From the human T2T-CHM13v2.0 reference genome, Homo sapiens, in NCBI RefSeq assembly GCF_009914755.1, contig NC_060930.1: DNA of 64,000 nt. One strand, given 5' to 3'. The notes below the pieces were generated by a model. The model was not told the origin of the DNA. It did no database searches and saw only the letters and a program-made list of their open reading frames with translations. Shown one piece after another: positions 29,001 through 43,573 of this stretch. The position numbers and the translations under genes were made by a program. Within the stretch, counting starts at the first letter, position 1. Every line of letters starts with the position of its first letter.

Positions 29001-31760
29001 ATGCTGCTACTTGTCTATGTTATTATGTGTAAGTATATTACAATTTAATTAAGTACAATAGTTTAAAGAACGAAGCAATTTTTTTTTTTTTGGCTTAGAA
29101 CTTCTTAATTGTAGGTTCCTCTGAAGCGATTTCATGTAGATATGTGAGTGTTTTAAACAAGTCTGAAAGTGTTACATACTTTTAGGTTACAGGGGTGCTG
29201 GGGAGACAGCTGAGGAAAGGAAGAATATGTGGAAGACACCACGGAGTTCAAAGTTTTACCCTGAGTTCTATCTTCCATGTATGTTTTGCTTAAGGCATTT
29301 CTCATGTGACATTAGAAAAGCTATATCCAAAGGTAAATTTTTTGTGGCAAAGATTTATTTTACACTTTAACTTTTGGGATTTTATTTGTTTCAGCAAAAT
29401 AAAGAGCACTGAACTTTAAACTTGAATTTTTTCTGCACTTTTTTAGGTAATGAAAACTTTTTATTATCATTTAATCCACATTGCTCAGTTTAAACCAAGT
29501 GATACATGTGTATAAAACATACCAAAATCATGAATATGCTGCTAGCTGTACCTTAAATAAACTGATCAGTTTTAAAACCTTTAATAGGGTTTTATATAGA
29601 TTTAAAAAATAGTAAAATAATCTGCTGTATGTTTCAGTGTTCTTGGTCTTAAATTATTGCAACACTTTCAGATTTGTTTTAAGATCATACAGTAACATGT
29701 TATATTTATACATACTGCTAGAAAATATACTTTTAGTTTTAAAATGGAATTTTTATAAATGTACTTTAATTTTAAAATGGTGAACTTGTTAAGTTTAAGT
29801 CAAAGTACTTAAAAAGTATGTATATTATCCATACAAAAAGTTATGTTTTACGCTTATAATAAGAAATACTGGTATCTCATATCGAGATACAATTAATTTT
29901 AAAAAATCATACATCATTTAAAAATCTTCACACATGAACAGGAAAGATATCATTTCTATGCTTTAAAAAACCCTCTATTGAGCATTTTCAAATATTAATT
30001 TTATTTTGGGGGAAAATGCCCACAACAATAATTGCAAGATCTTTCTCAATAGCTTCAGTTTGCTGTTGGATGCCTACCTTAACTATTGTTTTAAAATATA
30101 GATATATATATATATATTTAAAATAGTTTTCCAGGTATTTTCTTCTACCTTTTTTAAAAATAAATTTCCAAAAATGAAAACAGAGTTTATGTATTTTTGT
30201 CAATGAAGGTTTTTATTTTGTAGTTTATAGAATTTGTTCCTTATCAGTTTGATACTTGATCAACATTCTTAGACTTTTTAATCTGTATTTACTTTGGGGG
30301 GAAAAAAGCACTCCTATATCTTAAATGTCCTTCTTTTTTCTTTTCCCTTTTAGGGTATTTGTTCTCTTGGATTGAAATTTATGCCCACAGATTTTTCTTT
30401 TCATTTGAAAATGAATGTGAAGATACTGTTTACAGCTTTTGTTAATTGCACTTTTCATCACTCTGATCAATTTCTTGTAAAGTGCTATGGGAATTATTTT
30501 TCCTGTGAATATTAATGATTTTACTACTGCCTCCGAAGTTTTAAAAAAGGTTCTGTAGACAGAAAACAGTTGTTGCAACCAAAAACAACCAAAAAAAGAA
30601 AAAAAGGGAAAACTGGCTTACCTTTCTCAGATGAATTAAATGATTTTAATAACTTCCCAATTACCAGGGTTATAACATTGCTTTCTTCAGTTATTAATAC
30701 AGTCAAATTAATTTTAACAATATAGGCACAATTCATTTACAAATTCAGTACAGTAGTCCAGGGCTACATGTAAGTGGTCTCTTTATTTTATTCTTTACAT
30801 CAGAAAAATCATGAATGTCAGTTTTGCCAGTATTTTACAATGAGGCTTATCGTTTAAAATTTTATAGTGTATGACATGTAAATAAACCAGTATTTATTGT
30901 AGGTTGTTTGATTCAGGCATTTCAAATGGATATAGGTTAATGGCAATGGAATCCTATTTATTTGGTAGTTGGTTTTGTTTGTTTTTGTTTATTTACTTTT
31001 GCTATTTGTTTTGTATTGTCTAAACTTTGCTTCAACTGAAGACAGTGTAAGGAGTTGAAAATACAATCAACATAGCAATGGAAAGCAATGCAAAGAGGGT
31101 AAATCTTGTTTTAATTTTTTTAACTTTTTTTTTTTGTAAATAAATAGTACTGTGATACTTTAGGTGTGACCTCTATTCCACATGATAGTTAGAACCAGAA
31201 AAACACTTTTGCTTTCTAGTTATACTATTGGTTCATTGTAAATGCATTACCAAAAGACAATATGAAAAAGAGCAAGATTAAGTTTTTCTAACATTGTCCA
31301 CTTCAGGGGCAAGCATGCTTGGTATAGAGCTCTAGCTTGTGTATACCTTAAACTGTAACTTGCAGGTGTTTTTCAGTTGCTGCACTTTTTATTTAATCTT
31401 GCTCAGTCCCAGTAACTATCTCAAAGGTAATTGCTGGAATATGCATTTTGAAATACGGTTTAAAAAAAATCTGTGTATTGTTTCATCTAAAAAGAAAAGC
31501 ACTATTGGAAACACTAAAAACGTGTTAAACTTTGTAGTTATTTTGCATTCCTGTACTTTACAAACTGTCATCACAGCAAAAAGTTTAAAATTAGGTAATG
31601 AAATATTTTTGTAAATAAATACCGTTAAGCTGGTATTTTAAAAAATGTATTATAAATTAATTAATGTTTCTGGAAAATGTTCATATATATGTATATGAAT
31701 GTCTCTTTATGCTGAAGGGCTCTGATTGGGCAAAATAAAATACTCTAATCTCTCCTGAAA
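26048..31760 (+). other. STXBP5: STXBP5 long 3'UTR (3' end approximate; several alternative poly(A) signals)
   Basis: Follows the stop codon; AU-rich; no recognisable interspersed repeat until ~32.0 kb; multiple AATAAA. Confidence 0.75.
31734..31739 (+). terminator. STXBP5: Probable distal polyadenylation signal of STXBP5
   Basis: Last AATAAA before repeats resume; upstream TGTA motifs and T-rich sequence downstream. Confidence 0.6.
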
Positions 31761-32024
31761 CTAAACAAGCCCTTTTTCCTGGAAAATTTGTTCTAATTTT
31801 TTTCTGAATTATGGAATTAATCTATTAATAACCTAAGAAAATAATTGATTAAAAAAATAGATTCCCACATTTACTGAAAGTGAAGCTAATCATATAACTC
31901 AGGTAATACCAACTATATTTTTCTTGACTATCTGGAGTTTTTGGTGAAAAACACCTACCCCTGTGTTGGGTGGATTGAGAGTAAAGGAGACAGGGTGAGA
32001 GTTAAGGAATAGGAATGAAATCTG

Positions 32025-32190
32025 AGTGCATGCTTCTTGGCCTTTAGTGTGTACGCGAATCACCTGAGGATCATATTAAAATACAGATTCTGATTCATTG
32101 CATTTGAGGTGTGGCCTGATTTTGCATCTCTAACAAGCTTCAAGCTAATATAGATGCTGCTGGTCTTGGAACATACTTTGAGTAGCAAGG
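32025..32190. mobile_element. MER5 (MER5B-like) hAT-Charlie element
   Basis: gaatcacctg...cagattctgattca...tctaacaagct...gatgctgctggtc...actttgagtagcaagg. Confidence 0.7.
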
Positions 32191-32812
32191 ATATGGATAG
32201 TTTCCACAGAGTGTCAGTGTCCAACTACTTGTACGAAAAATGAGTATCACATTAATGAATCTTGAAAAATGTAAAGAAGACCAAACAGTACTTACCACTG
32301 TTTCTGTTGTGTTTTAGAATAAAAGACGTAGTAGTTCTCTTATTACATTGAAGGATTATTTGATTTTGAAATATATATATTTTTTATTGTGACACATGCT
32401 TATCCCACATGGTGGCAGTCTCGTCTCACTGTGTGAGCCTTTAGCAAGAAGCGTTGCAGTACAATTTTACATGGGAAAAAAACATAGACTTTCCAAAGGA
32501 TAATTTTCATGATACTTTTTTATCCAGAAAGTTACTAAACACTCTTAGATATGGAACAGATAATATGTTCCTAAGGTATTATAAAGTTATGTAAATCATT
32601 TGGTAGAGTGATCTGGTTTATTATCAAAAAATTTTTCAGTGTCTTTCTAGGAAATAGAGGCATAAAGTGATAAAATTTTAAAAACTGAAGATTGTCTTCA
32701 TGTCTCCGGTCATGCCTTTTTAAAGAACATTATATTGGGTATGTGCTGTGTAAATAGTACAGTGCTATCCACTGCTTTAGATAAAAATTTATGTTGTCAT
32801 TGTAACCCTTCA

Positions 32813-32870
32813 TAGGAATTTACAGGAAGATTCTGATTTTCTAGGAGTTTACAGGAAGATTCTGATTTTC
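32813..32870. repeat. 29-bp tandem duplication (2 copies, 1 mismatch)
   Basis: TAGGA(A/G)TTTACAGGAAGATTCTGATTTTC twice. Confidence 0.9.
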
Positions 32871-33295
32871 TTCCATTAGTTTAAAAATTGTATGTTTGCC
32901 CCATTTTTATGCTTTTTTCAGTTTTTGTACAAAAGTGTTTTGTCCTAGGTACCTTAAGGAAAGCTTTCAAAATGCTTTTTTTAGACTAAAACATCTTTTA
33001 AATAAGAAAATACTTACCTGTCATTTTATTTTTTTCAAATTCAGTCTGTCTTTTTAATATCAATAATGTATATTCTGTTAACTTTAAACTTATGGAAATA
33101 TTCTAACATTTAGTTTTAGTCATTTTATATGATTTTATACTGTTTTAAAAAACAAAACCCCATAGCTTCTTTTTTTAATAACTTTTCAAAAACAGCATGA
33201 AAGTAAGATACATATTTAACAAGGTTCCAACAAAATAGAATATTCTGTTAGTAGCAAAGGAAGGGAGTCTGAGGACTTCATTTAAAGTTATTAAG

Positions 33296-33308
33296 GAGAG
33301 AGAGAGAG

Positions 33309-33353
<45 letters not shown>
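33296..33353. repeat. Compound (GA)n(GT)n microsatellite
   Basis: Seen directly. Confidence 0.95.
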
Positions 33354-33356
<3 letters not shown>

Positions 33357-33800
33357 ACCAAACAAGAGACCTCCTTGTTCATCTCTCCCGGGCTGAGTTC
33401 GACTCTGAACCTTTCTTTCCACTTCTCTCTGCTGCTTCCATTTCATTTCTGTTCCTGCCCCCCATGCCTCTCACCCCAATTCTCTTTACTCTTTAGTATG
33501 TTTTATTTTAGCTAACTACTTTTCTTTGCCCATTTAGCAGGGAAATAATGCAATCCCTCTGTTTCCCAGGGCCCCTCCTAAATACTGAGTAGATTTGTAA
33601 ATAATGTTTGTAAATACAATAACGCCATCCCTACTCTTTGTTACCTCCAGACACTCAAAATATCAGCAGATAAAGCAAAACACATTAGTACATGGAAGAA
33701 ATACTGTGCTGAGGCTGAGAATTGTAACTCCCAAGAGCACTGCAGGAGTATGTTTGGATAGAACACACTGCTGCTTCACTAGGGTGTTTATCCAGCTTGC

Positions 33801-34100
33801 TTTTTTATTTTTTGAGACACAGTCTCACTCTCACACAGGCAGAAGTGCAGTGGTACAATCATGGCTCACTGCAGCCTTGAACTCCTGGGTTCAAGCAATC
33901 CTCCTGCCTCAACCTGCCAAGTAGTTTGGACTACAAATGTGCCTCACCACTTCCAGTTAAGTTTTTTATCTTCATTTTTTTGTAGTGACAGGTTCTCACT
34001 ATCTTGTCCAGTCTGGTCTTGAACCCCTGGGCTCAAGCGATCCTCCTCCCTTGACTTCCCAGAGTGCTGGAATCACAGGCATGGGCCACCACACCCAGCC
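33801..34100 (-). mobile_element. AluJ
   Basis: Reverse-complement Alu with gcagccttgaactcctggg (J-type). Confidence 0.9.
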
Positions 34101-34242
34101 AGGTGTTTTAGCTTTCAAGATCAAAGATGCCCAGAAATTACAGCATTGCATGAGTACAAAAGTTAGAAGACCACACATTTCAGAAAGTGAAAACCTCCAT
34201 GTTCCTTTAATAACAATGTGACTGCAGATACCATTAGTCTAA

Positions 34243-34432
34243 GCAGTGGTTCTCCAACTTGAACATCAGAATCTCCTGGATACACAACTTTTGTGAAAAC
34301 ACATCACTGGATCACATCCCCAGAGTTTCTGATTCAGTAAGCCTGCAGTGGGGCCCGAGGATTGGTATCTTAACAAGTTCCCAGCTGATGCCGAAGGTGC
34401 CAGTCTGCAAACCACACTTACTGAGAACCCTG
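34243..34432. mobile_element. MER5A hAT-Charlie element
   Basis: cagtggttctc...catcagaatc...ccccagagtttctgattcagta...aacaagttcccag...gagaacc. Confidence 0.8.
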
Positions 34433-35874
34433 ATGTAGAGCAATGCCCTAGAAGCAGTGTCTTCTCTGTATCACATGGTTTAGATGTCTCCGTTACTATC
34501 TGGTAATGAAATTATAGATAATATGCTTGCCTATACATTCAATTTTTAAAAATCAACATAGTGTCTGAACTAATGTGCCAGAGATATGAAATGAAAGCAA
34601 TTTATAATTTTTAAAAAAGTATTTCAATATGCAAATGCTGAGGTTACACACAAGAAGAACAAAGACAAGTCACACATATTTCTAAAACGTTCCGAAGGGG
34701 GTATCCCCTCCTAACCTCACTCCCGTTGTAGCCTCACTTTGCCCCTCACACCCTCTGACGTTTGAACCCTTGGGCCAGAGAGTAGAACCTGCAATAGGAC
34801 CCATCCTTTTTCAAATTTGTTCCCATGCAGTGGGACTGTCACGAATATGTTTATAAATGTTATGCCATAATATATACATGAAAGTATAGACTACTTAAAT
34901 GCTAGTTTGGAATTTTAGAGCAGTTTGCATTAATTCCTCTTACAAATTTATATTCACTTTCTTATTTAAGCTGTTTTTGAACTAGAGTGAATTAGAGAGC
35001 CAAGACTTATCTTTATAAATTTGTGCCTGAAACACACTAATCAATATATGGTATGCTTCTCCTAACAAAAACTCATCTTGACAAACAGAGCAATGAATTC
35101 ATTCTAGGAAGATTATATAGATTCTTACAGATTATAAACATCTATTATATAACATTAGTATTGGAAACTTTCACTTTTTCTGATAACCAAAACTCAATCT
35201 GTGATTATTGGTTAATTATTAAACAAGTCCATTTGCCTAGTATTTAAGTGCATTAAAAGTGGGCATTTATATAGAGCTCATTTCAAATGCCAAGCACGTC
35301 TGTCTGAGTGTGAAGACCAGAATTCTGTCCCTAAGTTTACCAGCAATACCAATGACCTTTTCCAAGTTAACCTCTATTTGCCTGAGTTTTGTTATTTATA
35401 AAACCGTGATCTAAATACTAGCCTTCCCTACCTCAGCCACTGTAGGGAATGTAATAACGTCTGAAAATCATTAGAAAAACAATTAGCATACACAAAGATT
35501 TATGATCTTAAAAATCTTAGTCGTTTAGAAGCTCTGTGAATCAGATATATTTGAATAAGGAAGAACAAATAGCAAGTCTTATATCAGGATCAGCAAATCA
35601 GTATTATTACTGCTATAATCAGGATAAAAATTGATACATTATCTTTAATAAAAGAATGAAGATCAAAATGTCTTTGAATTTCATAAGCACCTTTCGTTTC
35701 AACTGAATTTTTTCTTTGTTGTGTGTTTACTCCAGGGAGCCAGCTCAGGATGCGTTTATTGCCAGCTATCATCAGGATACAAGATCTTACTGAAATTACT
35801 CTGGTTACCTTTCAAAACAGAACTGTAACCAAATCCCAGTACCTGGAAATTTGTTTTTTAAAACAAATGTATTT

Positions 35875-36257
35875 ATATTTGTCTGTTTTCATACTATAAA
35901 GAACTGCCAGAGACTGGGTAATTTAGAAAGGAAACAAGTTTAATTGACTCAAGTTCAGCATGGCTAGGGAGGCCTCAGGAAACTTACACTCATGGTGGAA
36001 AGTGAAGAGGAAGCAAGGCACTTTCTTCACAAGGTGGTAGGAAGGAGAAATGCAGAGTGAAATGTGGGGGAAGAGCCCTTTATAAAACCATCAGATCTTG
36101 TGACACCTCACTATCATGAGAAAAGCATGGGGGAAACTGTCCCCATGATTCAATTACCTCCACCTGATCTCTCCCTTGGCACCTGGGGACTATGAGGATT
36201 AGGAGGATTACAATTCAAGATGAGATTTGGGTGGGGACACAAAGCCTAACCATGTCA
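35875..36257 (-). mobile_element. THE1D-like solo LTR
   Basis: gaggcctcaggaaacttac...ttcacaaggtggtaggaaggagaa...gagatttgggtggggacac. Confidence 0.85.
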
Positions 36258-36454
36258 ATATTTAAATTCATATATGCATATTTTTTCCTATCTGGTATAG
36301 ACAGTAAATACTTTTGGAGGTTTAGTCATAGCATAGTTAACATACTTTTCACAGATTCTTTATAAAATATCTCAATATAAAAATTATCTTAATTTAGAAT
36401 GTTATCTTCCTGTTCTTTTATAGAGCAGATTGCCTCTCAAAGACTTAATTAAGC

Positions 36455-36890
36455 AGGTAAAAAAGAGACTTTGGAGTCAGGCCAATGCTGCTTACCAATA
36501 GTGTGACTTTAAGTTACTTAAGCTTTTTTTTTTTAAAAAAAAAAAAAAAAAAACTTATTTCCTTCAAATATTAAATAATAGAAACAGTGCCAACTTTGAG
36601 ATTGTTTGATGGACTCCATGTAAGAATGTGAGTCACATAACTCAGCAGAGCAGCCTCCCTGTGGGGGCACCCTGGGCTCTCCAGCCTGAGACAGCAGAGT
36701 ATAGGAACTTGAGTGTGGGCTCTTTCCAGACTTTAACTGCCTGCTCCATGATATGCATGGCCTTGAGCAGGCTATGAAACTTCTCTACGCCTCAGTTTCC
36801 TATCTGTAAAATGGTAATGATTATGAAGTTAATATAGTACATCTCAAATGCTCAGGATAGTATCTGATGCATACAGCATTGCATTAAACT
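36455..36890 (+). mobile_element. MIR fragments
   Basis: gactttggagtcag, and cctcagtttcctatctgtaaaatgg core. Confidence 0.55.
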
Positions 36891-38179
36891 AAGATGCCAC
36901 TGAGAGTAATATGTGCCATTATTGGTACTACTAACAAACAAAAACACTGGTAATTTGTGTTTAAAAGACATATCCTGATTTTTTAAAGATTTAAAACTAT
37001 GAAGATGGCTATCTAGGAATTGGTGATCTGGTAGTAAGCACTCAATGAATGTTTACTGTTATTAGGAGTACTAGAAAATAAGACTCCCTCCCTCTGTCTA
37101 CTTGTAATCACATGCATTCCAAGAGTAACCACCATGAAGAGGAGGAAAGACCTAAAAATTCCTCTCAAGTGCTTCCCTAGGCACAGGTCTTTTGAATGCT
37201 GCGCTACTGAAGCTAGGATTCACATGGTTCCGTCTTAGGTCAGGACTGTTTGTAGGTCCTATTGTTAGGTCCTGTTGTTTCAGGCAGCAGAATACAAAAG
37301 ATGAAAAGTACTTATAAAGGAATTCCATTCTTTATTGACTCTCTCAAAAGATTCTAAAAGGGACCCAACTCAAAGCCCCCAAAACACTTCTCATAGCCCT
37401 TTTCCTTTTGAATTTTTAATTGCCCAGTACTCCCTGAAGACTTTCAAATGTCAAATGTTCCATCCTTCTCTCCCCTTAGACTCTGGCTCCCAGATATGTA
37501 TTAAGAATGATCTAAGCTTTCACTTGCATCTCAGGTAAGATGCTCTTCTGTGTCCCTCTGGGTCACTAGACACTGGGGGAGCTCTCTCCAGTCCTCAGCT
37601 GAACCATGCCATCCAGGTATCTACTCTCATGTGGGGACCGCCTGTGTATTCCAAGGGGAAGTAGAGCCTCAGTCCTCCCACTTATCCTCAAATTCTTCAG
37701 AGAGTTCCATCGTTCCTCTCCCCTCCTTAGAGCTAACCCCTGGGGGTCCGGCTCAGAACCCTGTCCACACTCTACCCCAGCCTGTGAGATTATTTTCATC
37801 TGCATAGCATGATAACAATTATCTGTATGCCTCTGGTTTAGGCCAGAACCTCAGCTCTTGATGTTTAAACCAAGCTGCCATTTACTCAAAAACTTTTTGC
37901 CTGAAAGCTATTGTCTATACCATAATCTCCAAAACTCTCTTTTGAAATTCAATTCCCAGCTTTTTTTTTTATTCAACAAATATTTGTTGGACCCCAGGAC
38001 GTGTCAGACTCTATTTTAAATATTGGAAATAGAAAAGTGACCGAGACCCTGTTCTGGAACTTGTATCAGTGACAGTGACATTTTTCTTTCTGTTTGGTTC
38101 TTCATCAATAGCTCTAACTTCAGGACAAAGAGGAGGAAGTGCCCTAGCTAACCGAGCAAGGAAAAACAAGGTATTTTGT

Positions 38180-38970
38180 ATATGGGATGAGGAAATAAAT
38201 CATTTAAAACATAAAATACTATCCCACCATAAATATTTATTAAGCACATATTCTCCCTTCCTCCACACTCACATCTAATCAGTTGCCAGTGGGTCCTTTT
38301 TACTTCCCACGTGGCTCTCAACTTTCCCTTTTTTTCCCTGCTGCTCAGGGCCTGCCGCTGTTTCTGCATCTTCAGCCTGAATTACTGATACTCCTGATGG
38401 GTCTCCCTGTTCAGTCTCCTCCTTCTCCAATGTGTTCTATCCCAGCTCCAATTAGGCTGTTTCCTATTGAAACTTTTCAAAGGCTCCTCCAGTGACCCTA
38501 GTGAAGTTCAGCGCTTTAATTTGGTGAGATGTCTCCTTAACATTCTACCTTCCATATTTCATTATTTGGGTATCATACCCCATTCTAAGCTAATTTCCCG
38601 CAATTTGCTCTTCCCCTAAACAATATGTGCTGTCAATTCTCTGTGCTTTTGTTCATGCCTGGAATACCCTTCATTTCCTTCTTAGCCTGGAAAAATTCCC
38701 ATAACCCTTTATGATCAAGCTGCAATATCACTTTCTTCTCTTGAAGGCCGTCCATGCCCCAGGATTAATTGCTCTCTCCTCTCTGCTACACCACTTCTTC
38801 ATACCATTAGATAAGTCCTTATCACAATGTGGTCTAGCTTGTTGTTCTTGCATACATCTCCTCTCCAGTTTATGAGTTCTTTGAGAAAGGCTGTTTGTCC
38901 ATCTTTTTAGCTCCAGTATCTGGCATAATACCTGTCAATTAGAAGGTGTTCGTTAATATTGGTTGATAAT
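38180..38970 (+). mobile_element. L2 LINE fragments
   Basis: Pyrimidine-rich L2 motifs (gcctggaataccctt, atgagttctttgag, ccagtatctggcataatacctg). Confidence 0.5.
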
Positions 38971-40074
38971 GTTTTTACATATTTACACACATGCATAAAC
39001 CATCATATGTACCTACACGCACATATATTTTTAGATGTTTTGTAATTTAATATATCCGTATTTCTGTCCTAAATGTTCAGTAGCTGCTGATGTTTCTTTT
39101 GGAACGTATCCATAAATACAAAATTGCCTTTTATTTTGAATAGACTAATATTCTATTTGAAGGCTTTCATAGTTCTGACAGTTTTGACAGCTTGACTGTA
39201 TCTGAAAGTTTATTATTAATCTGTAACACTTTATATTCTGTACTCTGTATCTATATTTAATATGCTGTTTAAATAAGATTCCTCAGATAGTTAAGAAGAC
39301 ACAGTCAAAAACATGAGTCAAAGGCAAGAACTTAGGCATTGCCAAATCAAGTGATACAATGGTTTGAAATAAGCTATCAGGTTCTCATTCTGTTTCATGA
39401 TCATTTAATTTCTCAGAGAGGAATATTTAAATTCAGCTTTAAGGTGAGAAACAACAATAGTAAAATCCAAAAGAGAATCGTTTTAGTCTTTTTTTCTCTC
39501 ATTGTCTTTTTTTTCCTCGTTAGTCCATGAACTAGTATCACCAGGAAAGACCTGGGATCCTGGTTTGAAACTATGAAATAAAGAAAAGTAGAAACTGCAA
39601 TAGAGTAAACTAATAAGAATTGGGTACTACGTGCTGGGTTAAAGATATATAATAAATAGCTCTACCTTGTCTTTAACAAGACAAAAATTTGCAAGATACT
39701 AAACGTATTCATGTTTGTTGGGTTGGGATGAGGGTGGGGCTCATAATACAAGGTAACTTTGGCTGAGTAGAAAAATTGTTCATAATCTTGAGTGTCTAAA
39801 AATCTAGTTAGCTTCCTAACAAAGTTATGCTTTGTCTGCACATGTAAGATTGAGCCCTTTATTTATTATCATAATTGGTACTAAACTAAAATCTTAAAAT
39901 GTAGGTCAGGTATCATTACAACAGAAGGAAGAGGAGCAAAATCACTCTACAATCATGTAAGCATAGAATTCCAAGCTTCCAATTTGAAAAAAAAAAAAAA
40001 AGAAAATTTGATGTCAAAGAAGCCAGAGAGCAATGTGCCTAGGTTCACAGAGGCACGTAGTGGCAGTGGTAAGA

Positions 40075-40585
40075 TTAGAATTGCTTAGAGTAAAATCCAA
40101 AATTCCCATGGCCTGCAAGACTCTACACACCTGGCCTCTACTTATCCCAGTATTCCCTCACTCCTCAACGATGCTGACCTCATTCCCTTGTCAGTAATTT
40201 TGCATTTGCTGTCCTCTTTCAACAGGAACTTTCCTGACTTTTCACGCTGCTGGCTCTTTTGCATCTTTCAGGTCTCAGTTTAAATGTCACCTCCTCAAAG
40301 AAGCCTTTTCTGATTTCTGTGTCTAAACTTAAATTCTAAAATAACCTGATCCCCACCCCCACCCATATCAGGCCATCTTCTATTAGAGAAACTTATTCAA
40401 TTTCTTCAAACACTTATCATAATCACAATTATCTTTTTTATACCCCTGTTATTTTTTTAATCTGTCCGTTTCAATAGAACATAAGTCCCATGACAGCAGG
40501 TGTTTTGCCTACGTTGTGCTCTGCTGTGTTCCTAAACTCAGAAGATGGCCAGGCACACAGGTGATCATTAGTTATTGAATGAACT
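40075..40585 (+). mobile_element. L2a 3' portion
   Basis: cttagagtaaaatccaaa...tctcagtttaaatgtcacctcctca...ccaggcacacag...ttattgaatgaa. Confidence 0.7.
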
Positions 40586-40958
40586 CAGATCTCCAGAGAC
40601 TTGGTCTGGTTTAACAGGGTTGGGGAAAAGAGCATAAGACTTAGAAGCTTAGAGTTTTAGGCAAGTCACAAATGATATATGATCCTTAATTTTCTCATTT
40701 TTGGAATAGGAAACACAATGGGCTGTTTCCTATTCCTCATATAGGGCTGTTGAGAGAAAAAAGTAAACAATATATGTAAAAGTGCTTTATAAATAGAAGC
40801 CTATTCCTATGCAAATAAGTGACCCAGAGCAAACTGGCCTCTGTGTTTTGATTTCTTTATCTATAAAATTAAATGATTAGATTAATAACTCTAATGGGTC
40901 TTGTAGTTATAAATTTTTAATTCTCTCATTTGATTAAAAAAAAACCTTTAAAAGTCTC

Positions 40959-43504
<2,546 letters not shown>

Positions 43505-43573
43505 CCTCTTTTGTTTATAAATTACCCAATTTCAGGTAGTATCTTTGTAGCAGTGTGAGAATGGACTAATACA
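43505..43573 (+). mobile_element. 69-bp MST/THE1 LTR 3' terminus in inverted orientation
   Basis: Reverse complement closely matches the start of the LTR at 40959 (GATACTACCTGA, AAACAAAAGAGG). Confidence 0.8.
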
